In this document: one piece after another, positions 29,620-41,921 of the stretch
Layout: each line of letters opens with the position of its first letter
How positions within the stretch are numbered: position 1 is the first letter of the stretch
NCBI RefSeq assembly: GCF_009914755.1
Contig: NC_060932.1
DNA length: 64,000 bases
Reading direction: 5' to 3' (one strand)
From: the human T2T-CHM13v2.0 reference genome, Homo sapiens
Notes under the pieces: model-generated
What the model saw: only the letters and a program-made list of their open reading frames with translations
The model's database searches: none
What the model was told of the DNA's origin: nothing
Program-made: the position numbers and the translations under genes

Positions 29620-30080
29620 TGTGTCAGTTGCTTTTCTATGAAAAGCTGATGCTGAGGTAGAGTTGGAGGATAGAGGTTTCTTAGGGTTAAATCCTATGAA
29701 AGATGAAGGGGAAGAAAGCAGGAATTTGTCAGGGTAAGTCCTCAGGCCATGATACACATCCAATACCTATGAAAGAAGAGGAAGGATGAAACAGAATTGA
29801 ACAGCAGAGCTTCAGATGGGATGCGGGTTGGACAGTGTCAGCCAACCCAACTGGCAAACACTCATTAGAGGAGTCCCAAATTGGGCAGAAATGATCAGGC
29901 CTTCCTGTCCCAGGTGTGATCTCACACTGGCTGTAGGCTGTCCTGGACAGAGATCTTGGAATGAATGGGCAAATCTCCAAGTGATGCATCTGGAGGCTCT
30001 CAACTAACTGAACTCCTCACAGCTGAAGGGCAAGGTCCTTCTTATAGACATCCAAGCAGTTCACCTCCATGGCCACATCA
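29620..30080 (-). mobile_element. Old ERVL-class solo LTR (LTR16/33/41-like)
   Basis: tgtgtcagttg...aagctgatgctgaggtagag...gaaggggaagaaagcagga; GC-richer island within L1-derived sequence. Confidence 0.5.
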
Positions 30081-30619
30081 CCAGTGTATATGATTTACTG
30101 TGCTTTGCTATTATTTTTTGAAATTTTTCATTTAAATATTTAAAAAATAATAGCAGAATTAAAACAGACTTGGGAGGCAAGGAATCATAAACTTAACACC
30201 ACAGAGAATCAAATTAATGGCAGAAAACCAACATGGAATATTCACCTAGAATATAGAAGAAAAAAGATAAAAAAAGAAACTGCTGAGAGAAGATACTTGC
30301 CATAGGGACAGAGAACCACCAGAAAAAGAATATATCGATAAATACAAAAATGATAATCATGTATATTCACAGAATTCAGATCTCATTGGAAGAATTTAGA
30401 AGCCAGAGAGTGATCTGAACCCTAAGAAAAGTAACTAGAAAAGTATATTTAATATATAGCTAAACTTGCATTGTAGCTCATTTATTTCTTTAAAATTATC
30501 TTCCCTTTCTCATATTTCACTATGAGGAGAATAAATATAGTCCAATTCGGTTAAAAAAAAACTAATCCGATTTACTAAGTTGAACAGTCTTTTTAAAGTT
30601 TAAGTCAAGTTCCTTTGAA

Positions 30620-31200
30620 GCAGATTCTTTTCGGAGCCCTCCCCTCCCTGTCCCTCCACCTACTAACTCAAGAGGGATTTCTCTACTCCCACAGCTGAGA
30701 AGGGCTTCTTAGATCCATATTATTCCTGTCATTCCTTTGGGCTCTGGAGTGATAGCTTTTATCGCTTGGTTGCTTTCATCAATCTAGTAACCATGGCTGA
30801 AGTTGGGGCCAACAAACTCTTGGTTAGAGTGTTCTTATCCAGGACAGTTGGTAACCGCTGGCTCCCTGTGTCTCACCTGAGCCAAGGAAATCTCCAAAAT
30901 TCTCCAGGTTGGCACTCGGGTTTTATTCACTCTACCTGGGAACTCTGGGTGCCTGCCCAAATTATGCTACTGACTTCCCTGTGATGTGGAGGTACCTAAT
31001 TTGGAATGACTGCCTTTGAGGCAATCTCCTGCCAGCGTACCCAGGAATGCCCCCCGTCCTCTGCACACTCCTGGACCTGCCCCACACACTCCCTTTGGTC
31101 AGCACCCATATATCTTCCTCCTTACTTACCTTTCTCTTGACACAGAGGAATCCTGAGAGCATCACATTGGGCAACTTACAAGGGAACCAAAATAAGGCTC
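30620..31200 (-). mobile_element. Probable old LTR remnant, family unassigned
   Basis: GC-richer island with a minus-strand AATAAA near 30922; no firm consensus match recalled. Confidence 0.3.
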
Positions 31201-32329
31201 TTCTCAGGTTTCCTCGCAACAGAAGTGGAGTAATTTTGATCAAAGAATTAGATAATAAATCAAGCTGTGGCACACTTGCAAAACCAACGTAAACACACTT
31301 AGATAAGGAAAGACAGAAAATGAATCCCCATCAGACAACCATACAAAGAAATAAGCCAATGCATTCAAAAAAATGCCTATAAATCAAAAATGGCAAAGTT
31401 GGATTACATAAAGTGAGCACCAGAATGGATTAAATACATATGATAAATTATAAATGGCTACTGCAAATATCTAACATCATAGAACACATATGTCATAGTC
31501 TATCTTTTCTAAGTAAAAGGTGTTAGATTGCATAATAATGTGATGAATCTATAATCCCAGATAAAATGGAAAAAGCTAGTGAAGCAGATTGGGGGCTAGG
31601 GCAGGACATGAGCCAATTTGCCTTATAACCTAGGAGAAAAGAAGTTTTTATTTCTATGTCAAGAAATTCAGGCAACCTTCACATTCTCAAAAAAGAAATT
31701 AAGAAGAAATATAATACTGTATAAGGCAATTAGTTAAGGGTTCTGAAAACACGGAGAGAAGGCAAAGACAAACAGAAATAGAAAGGCTTTTCTGATTATA
31801 AAAGGAAAATCTAATATTATAGGGCTTTGGTAGGGGAGAGAGGAGGGTTATTAGAAAGGAAATCATTACAAAAAGAAAAAAATGGAAAATACCAAAATTT
31901 CCTGTCTCTGCTTGAGGTAGGAAGTGGCATCATCATACATTTGATTCTGCAGACAGCATTTACTTCATCATAGTAGTGTAAATACTTTTTATTAATTTCA
32001 ACAATACAATGATATACATCTGGAGAATGACAGCAAAGAGCAGAAGTGAAAGGTTGAAATACCACAGCTATGCTAAGTGGATGTGAATTGGTAACAGCCG
32101 AAACATGGAAACCATTGTGTTATTTAAGTTACTTTTGTATTTTCTATGCATATTTATTTTATATTTAAAATATATTTATATTATAGGTAAAATTTATATT
32201 AATTGTAGGTTTTTAATATGAAAACAAAAGACACACTGGAAGGAGTATAATTTCCATTAAGGGAAAGGACTGGGATGGAGGTGGTTACAGGATGAGATGA
32301 CAGCTTTTGTTTTTCTTTTCATTTCTCTT

Positions 32330-34650
32330 TGTGTTGTGCTAACATGAGTGTGATTTAAAACTTTGATTAAAAGTTTTTTTAAAAATTTATTGATTGTACA
32401 AATAGAGACTATTGAGAAGAGACACAAATTGATTAAAAGCAAATTAGTATTCTTAAATTATTTCCTCATTAAACAAAAAGGAAGAGGAAAAGATGAATAG
32501 TAAACACAACTCAAAAGTCTAGCAAATGGCTAAAAAAATAAACCCCAAGAAAAGCTGAAGGAAGGGCATAATAAATATAACATAGATTAGAAAAAAAATT
32601 TTTTTAATCAATGAATCAATTATCCTTTGAAGAAATCCAATAATATTTAACTTCTCAAAAATCTAAATGTCAAAAATGGAGAAATAAGTCAAAGACATAG
32701 AAAAGACTATAATAAATAATAGAAACAATGTAATTTACCAAAAATAATTGTTCCATTGTATATTAATAACTTAAAATATCAACGAATGATCATTTAAAAA
32801 AAACTGTAATGATCCAAAATAATTCAAGAAGTTGCTTGACCAATAATCATGAAGGAAACTGAAAATTTTTTTAAAAAAAGCTTCCTAAATAATTTCAAAT
32901 GTCTATTACTTAAGTCTTTCTCATTTTCCAAAAAATATATCATTCTGTAATTATATAATCTATTTCAGAATTTTAAAAAAACACAACTTTTTATAAATCA
33001 AGAATTTTCCTGATAATAAAAATGAACAAAATGACATACAACACATACACTCAGTTGTATACAAATCTTACCTATGAAAAACCTGAGTAAAAGATTGCCA
33101 AATCAACATAAAAAATGTATTAAGAGAATAATCTACCACAATCAGTCTCATGATGTATCCTAGGATTGCAAGAATAGACCAGAACTGTTATTTTTCTATT
33201 CTATCAGTAGGGTAATTTAATAGATTTTATATAGACATTAAAATATACCTTTCTTGATTTGAAAATCTGTAGTATAGTAAAAATAAATAAAAGGATAATT
33301 ATTTAATGTACATTAGGATATCTATTTGAAGTACACCAGCAATATCGCCATAAGCAGTAAAATTTGAAAGGCATTTTTAATTGTCAGGAAGAAAACAAAG
33401 GCGTAGCTATCACCACTTTTATTTAACATTTCTTTAAATATTCTGGAGTATAAACAATGTCAATAGGCGGGAAGAAGTAAGAAAATATTGAAAAACAAGA
33501 AAAAATGTTTTCAGAAAAATACAATTATCTACCTAAAAATTTTAACTGATAAAATATTTCATTCAACAAATACTTAATGCACCTGCACTATGTTTCATAT
33601 GTTATGATGAGTTCTGGGAACACTACATTTAATAAAACAATTTGATTTTACAGAGCTTAAAATATAACAGAAAAACCTTTCGCTTACTTTCTCCTTTAAA
33701 GTGCCCCTGAATAACAGAGGACAGAGAATGTGTAACTCTTGAGAAACTCAGGGAATCATGTTAACTGGCGTACTAAAATACGAGTTATAGCTTCTTGGAA
33801 AGTGTGACTTACAGTGAAAGGATGTACAGCAGGTCCCCTACTGTTCGTCTGTTTAACATCATTTCATTATAGTGTTGATAAAAAAAAAAACATTGGTTTC
33901 TTTATATGTTTCGCTTAAAGTCACAGTTTTCAAGAGCCTATTAATGTAAGGACTTACTATACATCCATGCTCATCTTAATATAAACCAAATGTTTCCTAG
34001 GATTGAGTAAAATTGATGTTTCAAGAAAGACTTTGTTTAGCCCATGGTTTTGTATTAAGCCCTAAGAGGTTGCCAAACACTGTATACCTAGGAATAAGTG
34101 AACCCCTCTTTGAGAATTATGAATTTAATAAAATCAAGGCAGTAAGTGTTAGAAAAATAAGGAAATGTCACGGTGTCCCAATACAAAGTAAAATTATTCA
34201 GCCCAACATTTTTTTGATACCATTAATAATCAATTAACAATAAAACAAAAAATAGATCCACCACAGTAGTATAAAATATATAAAACATCAACAAAGTAAT
34301 TTAACATAAATTAAGAATCCTACATCTAGAAAAGTCTTAAGTCAACGAAAAGATAAGTTAATACTTAGGAATACACTATTATAAAGACATCCATACTTCC
34401 CAAATTAATTTATAGATTGAATATAATTTCAAAGTGCCTCATCTCTTTTTTTTAAGAATTTGAACAAACAAAACTAAATGTCAAATGAAAAAAAAATGAA
34501 AAGATTTTGTAAGGAAAGTAATATAATAAACTTGCCTTGCCCAATATAAAATTATATTATACAGCTACACTGAACAAAAAAGCATGGCACATATGAAAGA
34601 ATTGACAACAGGAATATCACAGATAGTTTTATATAACTGAGAAGTAGACA
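32330..34650 (+). mobile_element. Decayed L1M(E) ORF2 fragments
   Basis: A-rich remnants of ORF2 motifs (accaataatcatgaaggaaactgaa; gtcaggaagaaaacaaaggcg; cccaaattaatttatagattgaat). Confidence 0.55.
33775..33960. mobile_element. MER47/Tigger3-type MITE fragment
   Basis: tagcttcttggaaagtgtgactt and its inverted counterpart aagtcacagttttcaagagccta...aggacttact. Confidence 0.65.
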
Positions 34651-34658
34651 TAGGCATT

Positions 34659-35107
34659 TGTCATGGTGAAATGCCATTCAATATCTGAAATTAAAATGCT
34701 AAATTTATTGTTTTAAGGAAGCTTGATGTTGGTCAGATACAGATTCCAAGTAGAGACCAGTGCTGACCTTATACAGAGTTTTGGGAAGCAAGGAGTTTAG
34801 AGGTGCATGGACTTCCAGATGCATATATTAATTGATTTTTTCTGTAGAATCCCAAGTAAGATGGTTGTTAATTGGTTGGCATACAAATTCACATCTGTTG
34901 ACAAAGGCATTGAGTTCATCTCTGATTGGCTAACGTTCAAAATCAAGGTGCTGACACTGATTGGCTGGTTTGCAAAGCTTGTTGACTAAAGTTGCTATTG
35001 ATCAACTGAACAGCTTTAAAATTGGTTTTAGTGACTACTTGTTGCCATGGCTACAGAACAATCAGTCTTTTCCTAATTTTGCAGGAAGTTATTTTGTTTC
35101 CCTTTCA
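34659..35107 (-). mobile_element. 3' LTR of ancient class I provirus (LTR78-like, uncertain)
   Basis: Collinear homology with 53228-54238 (agagaccagtgctgacctta vs agagacaagtgctgatctta; ccatggctacagaacaat vs ccatggctacagagcaat); TG...CA ends; adjacent purine-rich tract on the minus strand. Confidence 0.7.
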
Positions 35108-35288
35108 GTCCTCATTCAGTCAAAGCTGCAGGAGAGATTATCAGGATTGTTCAGATCCTCACAACAGGTGTACATTCTTATTGCAGATAAAGCTTTGATT
35201 ATTATGGACACCTGATTTTTAGTTTGAGAGATGATCGGCATGAATTTTATCCTGCTTTTCATTTAATCATTTGTAGAATCATCTATCA

Positions 35289-35595
35289 GGACAGTGACTG
35301 TTCAGAAGCATTTAAGATTCTGGGCAATAGACAATAAACAACAGCGAGACAAATAAGTAGAAACAGATTATTTATATTTGAAAAAGAAGTGAAGAGAGGA
35401 TTCATTCTAACAATTCCCTGTGCATATGTAAAACAGCCTGATTGTTTTTCTTTATCTCAGTTATAGACTGTTTTCTCCCTTATATCATTAATTCTGGTAA
35501 CAGTGGTGTGGATTCCTCCCTGGTTAGCCAAAAGAAAATCTATGAATATTTTAGTATCCATACATACTTTGGTTAAGAAATTTAAACTGATGTGT
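35289..35595 (-). pseudogene. env: Retroviral env TM-subunit remnant
   Basis: My translation: SLNFLTKVCMDTKIFIDFLLANQGGI (immunosuppressive-domain-like, cf. LNSLAxVVxxNRxALDxLLAxQGG), then KQSITEIKKN and hydrophobic LFLLICLAVVYCLLPRILNA. Confidence 0.75.
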
Positions 35596-35825
35596 TAGAC
35601 CTGCAGATCTGGACTGTACTATTATTAGCTATGTCATATGTCAGCTTGTATGAGGGAATACATTTTTGATGACCTCTTTGAATTGTTTAACTGGTACAGA
35701 TATAGCCATCACCATCAAAAGTCTTTTCCAAAAAAAAAAAAAATCCTATCCCTTTGGACTTTTTGTAAAAAGAGATATATAGTCCACTGAGGATGTTGTG
35801 TAGTCACATGCTTGGAATGGCTTGA

Positions 35826-36070
35826 CTCTGGGATTAACAAACTGTGGTCTGCAAAGCAAACCCAGACCACAGCTAAGAGTGGTTTCTACATTTTTAAAAG
35901 TTTGCAATATAAAAGGAGGAGGAGGAGGAGAAAGAGGAGAGGAAAAAGAAAGGAAGAGGAGGAAGATAAGAAAGAAAGAAACGAGAAGAAGAAATGACAG
36001 AGACTATGTGGCTCACAAAACCGTAATTATTTACTGTCTTCCCTTTAAAGTCAATGTTTGCTGCCTGGCC
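35826..36070. mobile_element. MER58-type hAT element with internal GA-rich simple repeat
   Basis: gctaagagtggtttctacattttta ... gacagagactatgtggctcacaaaacc...tatttact. Confidence 0.7.
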
Positions 36071-36419
36071 TAATAGCCATCTTAATGCAAAGACATTTTA
36101 CTTAAAGCTGGAGTTAAGCAAGTCATTGTTATTAGTAAGAAGAACAAGGTAGACTAAATCAGAAGTGCAATAACTTTAGTAGAGAAGTATGGCCAAAACC
36201 GTAATAAACAAAAGTGTGCAAAGATGAGCATGGCATGGAAGACTCTTGCTCCAGTGGCCTTGAGGAGAAGCTTTCTACTTCATATGACCATTGGCTTCCT
36301 CCAAGGTTCTTATGTCAGCTGTCAACCTTTTAGGATTATCTACCTCTGGAGACTCTCCAGACAACAGGTGCTGAAGATCACTAATGGCTGTAACTTTCCA
36401 GATATGTTAAATTCCTTAT

Positions 36420-36726
36420 TTTTCAGAAGAATGGAAGTCATGAAAACAGGTAGATTTCTGAGTAAGGGGCAAAGCCTGGCATAACTTAAATGCATGGATA
36501 ACTGTTTCAGTTAGATGGGCCCCATGTAACTGGATCAGTAAATTGGAAAGTCTTAAGTACAATACATGACAGCATTTTAGTCATTGTGAGTATTGTGGTT
36601 TTCCAACAGGAGAAGATGCTTAAATGCATCCAGAAAAACAAATCTACCATTTCAATTTACATATGCATAATCCATAGAGGAAGACAACTGCATAAAATCT
36701 ATTTGGAGGGAACCAAAGGGTTCTTC
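36420..36726 (-). pseudogene. pol: Retroviral integrase core remnant (class I, epsilon-like)
   Basis: My translation: EPFGSLQIDFMQLSSSMDYAYV / MVDLF..W....FSCWKTTILT / HGAHLTETVIHAFKLCQALPLTQKSTC...SSEK; cf. PFxxLQxDFIQL...DxGxHFT...HPQSSGKVE. Confidence 0.75.
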
Positions 36727-37264
36727 GGGCATGAAGCCAGTCCATGCTCTACCTCCACAGCTTTTCCAGATTAACTTAACTACAGATGTAGCAGGAACTG
36801 GCTATGTTCTGTGCTATCCATCAAAAGTGTCCCAATCGGGGCTTAATATTGTGGCAAGTTTGTCCCTATGTGATGTTTTGTTTCATGGAAGATTTTTTCA
36901 AGCATGTATTTGAAATTTCAGATGATGCTATCAGGTGATGATTCACGTTTTTCCAGATGTTATTTTTATAAATCATACAATCTAATCACTTCTAGAGCTT
37001 CTTTTTGGCAGGCTATATTCTGTGAATTTATGATAGGATCCTTGAACTTCTTCAGGGACTTGTTTGTATTTTTGTTGTCTATTTATATGAAGCTTTTTTA
37101 TAGGGATGGCACTCAACAGCTTGTTTAGAATGATGATTGTTAAGGTATTTCTATAGTATTTCAAAAGCATTTCTATAGAATGCATTTATCGTTTATTTTG
37201 ATAGTATGTTTATTTTATAAGATCGAGAGTATCATATACTAGCTTTTATAGAAATTTTTTTTCT

Positions 37265-37405
37265 ATCTCTACTTTTTTAGAACAGTTTTATTGAGGTTTA
37301 ATTTATATTAAATTCACCTACTTTAAGTATACAATTCAGTAACTTTAAGAAAATTTGTTGAGGTGTACAACTATTACCATAATCTAATTTTAGAACATTT
37401 CTGAT
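37265..37405 (-). mobile_element. L1M 3' terminal fragment
   Basis: aacagttttattgaggtttaattta...tttaagtatacaattcagt...aatctaattttagaacattt. Confidence 0.65.
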
Positions 37406-37511
37406 AACAAGTATCTACTTTTTGACAGCAGTCATTTTAGGGTAGTGTCATGGCATCTATTCATTAATGTATTCATTGTTTATCATTTCAAAATAGCTAA
37501 GAAATTTTTTT

Positions 37512-38072
37512 TTTTTCAATTATACTTTAAGTTTTAGGGTACATGTGCACAACGTTCAGGTTAGTTACATATGTATACATGTGCCATGTTGGTGTGCTGC
37601 ACCAATTAAGTCATCATTTAACATTAGGAATATCTCCTAATGCTATCCCTCCCCCCGCACCCACCCCACAACAGGCCCCAGTGTGTGATGTTCCCCTTCC
37701 TGTGTCCATGTGTTCTCATTGTTCAATTCCCACCTATGAGTGAGAACATGCGGTGTTTGGTTTTCTGTCCTTGCGATAGTTTGCTGAGAATGATGGTTTC
37801 CAGCTTCATCCATGTCCCTACAAAGGACATGAACTCATCATTTTTTATGGCTGCATGGTATTCCATGGTGTATATGTGCCACGTTTTCTTAATCTAGTCT
37901 ATCATTGTTGGACATTTGGCTTGGTTCCAAGTCTTTGCTATTGTGAATAGTGCCGCAATAAACATACGTCTGCATGTGTCTTTATAGCAGCATGATTTAT
38001 AATCCTTTGGGTATATACCCAGTAATGGGATTGCTGGGTCAAATGGTATTTCTAGTTCTAGATCCCTGAGGA
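37512..38072 (-). mobile_element. 5'-truncated L1PA (L1PA3/4-like)
   Basis: Canonical L1PA 3'UTR; TSD taagaaattttttt at 37498 and 38073. Confidence 0.95.
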
Positions 38073-38642
38073 TAAGAAATTTTTTTAAAACTACTATTTT
38101 TCTTCAGCATTTTAAATAATTATTTTAAAATAGACCAGCCAGTAATTTTATGTTTGCTCTTCTATTTTAGTAATTTCATATGCCATAGAGAGGGCTGTAC
38201 AGATCAGCCATTTAAACAAGCTGGCTTCTGGTAAGGAATTAGATTTTAAAAGAAAACTGGACTATTTAAAAATCAAGCCTGGTATTGTCCTTTTTTATAT
38301 TATAAATATAAGACCCCATCAACAAACAACATTAAGTCAGCATTTGCTATTGGAATATCCAAAAATTCTACCCTGGGTGTGCATACTTGTTGAATTAAAG
38401 AAGCATAATGATGGCCTCCCCTTCACTGAATAATGGTTATGGAGTTGCTGGATTAACGGTGTTATACCAATGGACATACAAGGATATGGTAACAGTAATT
38501 CATGATTTGTTAATCAACTAGTAGAAAAAGGTTAGGTGGTTTCCAAGCAATCCGTATTTCCCGACTGTGGTTACTTTAGATTCATAGGCTTAGTATAAGG
38601 TCTGAAGGTACTTTCACTAATTTAGTTGATGTCTGTAATTGT

Positions 38643-39071
38643 TGTTCCAAGGTGAACAGGTCTATGCAAATCTACCTCCAAAGGCCAGGGTAGCTGAGAG
38701 GCCAAAGAAGGAGACTGACAAATATAGCCTCTTAGAAATAAAATATTTAATAGGGACTTATGAACTGAAGTTATATCTCTAGGTGCCACAAGATGGTAGA
38801 TCCCTGCATTCACCCTCCAGAAAATATCCTCAGGCAGCAAGCTTTCAGGGTAAAATATGTGCAACTTGTCGCATCTCAGATTTCTTGCCAAAATTTGTGA
38901 CCACTGGGGAGGTTAAATAAGCATCTTTACAAAGGGTTATCTGTGCTACTGACATTGTCTTAAGACCTTGCTGTAGAACACCTTGGTATGCATAAGTCAA
39001 GCATGGGTCTTCTTGGCAGTTTTGCTTCAAGATGCCATCACCCTTGCCATGCAACAGGCTGTTTTCCTACA
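38643..39071 (-). mobile_element. 3' LTR of class III provirus (LTR47-like)
   Basis: Direct repeat of 49870-50271; minus strand begins TGTAGGAAAACAGCCTGTTGCATGGCAAGGG; PPT gaggggtggag immediately adjacent (39072-39082). Confidence 0.9.
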
Positions 39072-39199
39072 CTCCACCCCTCAAAACCAGCCTTTACAAT
39101 CTCAAGTGTCCACCTATTCTGTGATAGTTTCTGGGCTTAAAGGGAAGACATTTGATATTGCATAGCTTCAGCAACAGTGCGTTGGCTCCATTGAAGGCA

Positions 39200-39440
39200 G
39201 ATAGCACAACAATAAAGGCAAAAACAGAACAGTAAACAACACGTGAGTATAATACTTAAACCAAGAGGCAGCTTCTGTCACTAGGTCCCCCGGACCCAAA
39301 CCAGCTACAAAGCCAATCATTCAAAGTGGGGATTTGGTCTGAGAGATTAGTTATTCGTGTTTTTATATCAGTCATTAATTTAGTGAAATTATCTGATTCA
39401 TCAGGAATATAAAGAAAAAGTTGCTTCATAGGCAACATCT
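39200..39440 (-). pseudogene. env-like TM remnant of the class III provirus
   Basis: ORF track 39256-39438: LYIPDESDNFTKLMTDIKTRITNLSD..LNDWLCSWFGSG resembles the post-CX6CC/pre-membrane region of retroviral TM and sits just before the PPT. Confidence 0.55.
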
Positions 39441-39829
39441 GGTTACAGTAGTGGCCGAATATAACAACTAAGGATGAAAAGAAAGAAATTTAGTGTATTT
39501 GCAAAGGAAGATCTTCTCCATCTCCGAACATATGTTGGTTGATTCATGTAAAGCAGTTATTAAAGAAATAGCTCTTGGCTTTTGTAAAGGGGCCATATAC
39601 CATATATGTTGCCCAGGAGATGTCAGCAGTCGTTGTCAAAGTAATTTGGTTGAGAGTACAACATATTTGAGAGCCCACCAGCATTCCATTAGCTAGACAT
39701 GTTTATCTTGACCCCTTACAGCAGGTGATCATGAGTCCAGTTCAATAGGATCAAATGGAGACCACTCTAACTGTCCAGGATATTCCCCACTCTCTGGCAG
39801 GAGTAACTTAACCAGCGTTGGGTATTTAC

Positions 39830-41911
39830 CATTTTAAGCCCCACTGGAGTATCCCCTTCCCTGGTAGTATGTTTGTTGCTGTCTTCATGCATAAAAAACA
39901 CTGGTTGTCAAACAGGTCTTGGAGCAAGGAAGTTGTCTCAGTTACCCATATGTGAACAGTGGTAGGCCTGGAGAAAGGTTGTCCCAACAAATCATATGGG
40001 GCAGACATCTCTTTGGCTGAACTTAAAGAAATAAGGACTGCAGATAAAAGAGTCATTCACTCGTGCAAGGCAGGTTTCCCCAGTAAAGTTTGAATCTGTG
40101 CTTTCAACAGAACATTTTTCCTTTCAATCAACCATGCTGCTTGGGGGTTATACGGGAAATGAAAGTGTCATGCTATATTGTGTTGCATGGACATCATGTC
40201 CAGCAAAGTGAGTCCCTCAGTCACTGTCAATGCAGTGGGGGTATCCATACATAGTACTAGAGCCTCTAACCCTTTAATAGTACTCGCTTGATTAGTTTGC
40301 TTAGGAGGAAAACCTTACAGCAGTCTAGTAGCAGTGTCCACATGGGTTAACACATATTTCCTTCCTTACAGGGAGAGGTCCTATATAATCTAATTGCCAG
40401 TCAGCTACAGTGAGAACATCCCTGTAAATGTGTCCCGCTTGATATGGTCTATACCATGGACACAATTGAGAACAAGGTAAACAGTTTGCAGCAGCTGCTG
40501 GGAGGTCACTATCATCTAGCTCAATCCTGCCCCCAGGGCTATCTCCTAGCCTACTCTTGCACCTCTATGGCCACTTTTGTTTTGTACCCAGGTCACTAGT
40601 TCAGCAACCTGAGCCAGCATGATGCTTCCAATTTTTGTTAGAGTGTCAGCTTCTATATTTCCTGGAACCGAGTCTTTTTAGTGTGCAACCACATGAATGC
40701 AGTTAAATCAGCCGCAGGGTGTTGCAGTTTCTCCCATATGTCTTGCCACATGTTCATGCCCCATACAGTTTGTGCAAAATCATCTACTTTTTTGGTTCCC
40801 ATTGAGCTAGCCACATAGTTAGGCCTTTGAATACAACCCAGCTATTAGTACAAAGAACCAAGGCCTGGGGCTCACGTGTGATTATTAACCAAGCAGCTCT
40901 CAACTCAGCCCACTGAATATTCTGATGTTTATCTGTTTCATACCAGATCGTGTCAGTTTGTGGTTGTGTAGCAACAGCAGTCCAAATACAGGGATTTCCC
41001 TGCTGGAGCCACCTGTATACCAAGTACTAACCTGGATGGGTGGCACTCCTTCTCATACTGTGTCAGGCATTGAGGTAAAAGGGCATAACAGGGTGTCCTT
41101 TGGTTGTTCATATGTAACAGGGCCCAAGACAGCATGCGGTTCTGGGCTTAAAGGACTGGTTGACAGAACACTTCACTGTTGCAAATAGGCATGCCATTTA
41201 TTCAAGGCAGGTGTTTGGGCTACAGTGGAGGTGGGTCATTTAAACAATATTTCTGTTCATCTCTTGATTGGCAGACCAATTCTCATAGTCATCGAAAGAG
41301 TTTTTGTTCACATCCCACCTGCTGCTAGACCTTGTTCAATGGGAGAGTACCTGGTTTGGGTTCTTTTCCATAATTGTGACCAAAGTCCTAAAGGGAATGA
41401 TTTACCATAGTATGATTGCTGCAAGGCCCAACTCATACCCTCAGGAGTAGCAGTAACCACTCAAAGTCCTAGCTGTACCCTCTAAAGGGCATCTAAGGCC
41501 TGTGCCTGCCGTACCAGCACTTTTGCCTGTTCAAAGCTTCCTGTTGAGGGATTTCTCAGGCCCAAGGTGCTGCCCTTTCTCTAACAAGCCCATGTAGTGT
41601 TCTCAAACACTGGGCAAAGTGTGGGATGAATCCAATAGCCCAAAAGACCCATAAATGTTTGGATTCCTTTTACCATTTTGAAGTTGGAAATTGTTGGACT
41701 TTTTCAATTACTGTACCAGGTAGTAAATAAGTCTTACTCGACCACCTAACCTCTAAAAACTTCACTGCAGGCCCTGTGCCCTGGATCTTCTATGGATTGA
41801 TTGCCCATCCCTATTCCTATAAATGAGCACACAATGCAGTAAGACTGCCTGTATCACATTAAAATCTTCAGAAGTTAACATAATGCTACAAACATAATAA
41901 AACCAAGAAAG
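39830..41911 (-). pseudogene. pol: pol remnant (RT C-terminal half, RNase H, integrase)
   Basis: FYYVCSIMLTSED (decayed YxDD region, about 41870-41905); QWAELRAAWL..TNSWVVFKGL (RNase H); DWQLDYIGPLP (about 40370-40402); HFPYNPQAA..IERKN (integrase). Confidence 0.88.
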
Positions 41912-41921
41912 AAAAGACAGG

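Noticed and set aside
35812-35997. Arg/Lys/Glu-rich ORF resembling an NLS-bearing peptide
   Set aside because: Translation of a GA-rich simple repeat inside a MER58 element
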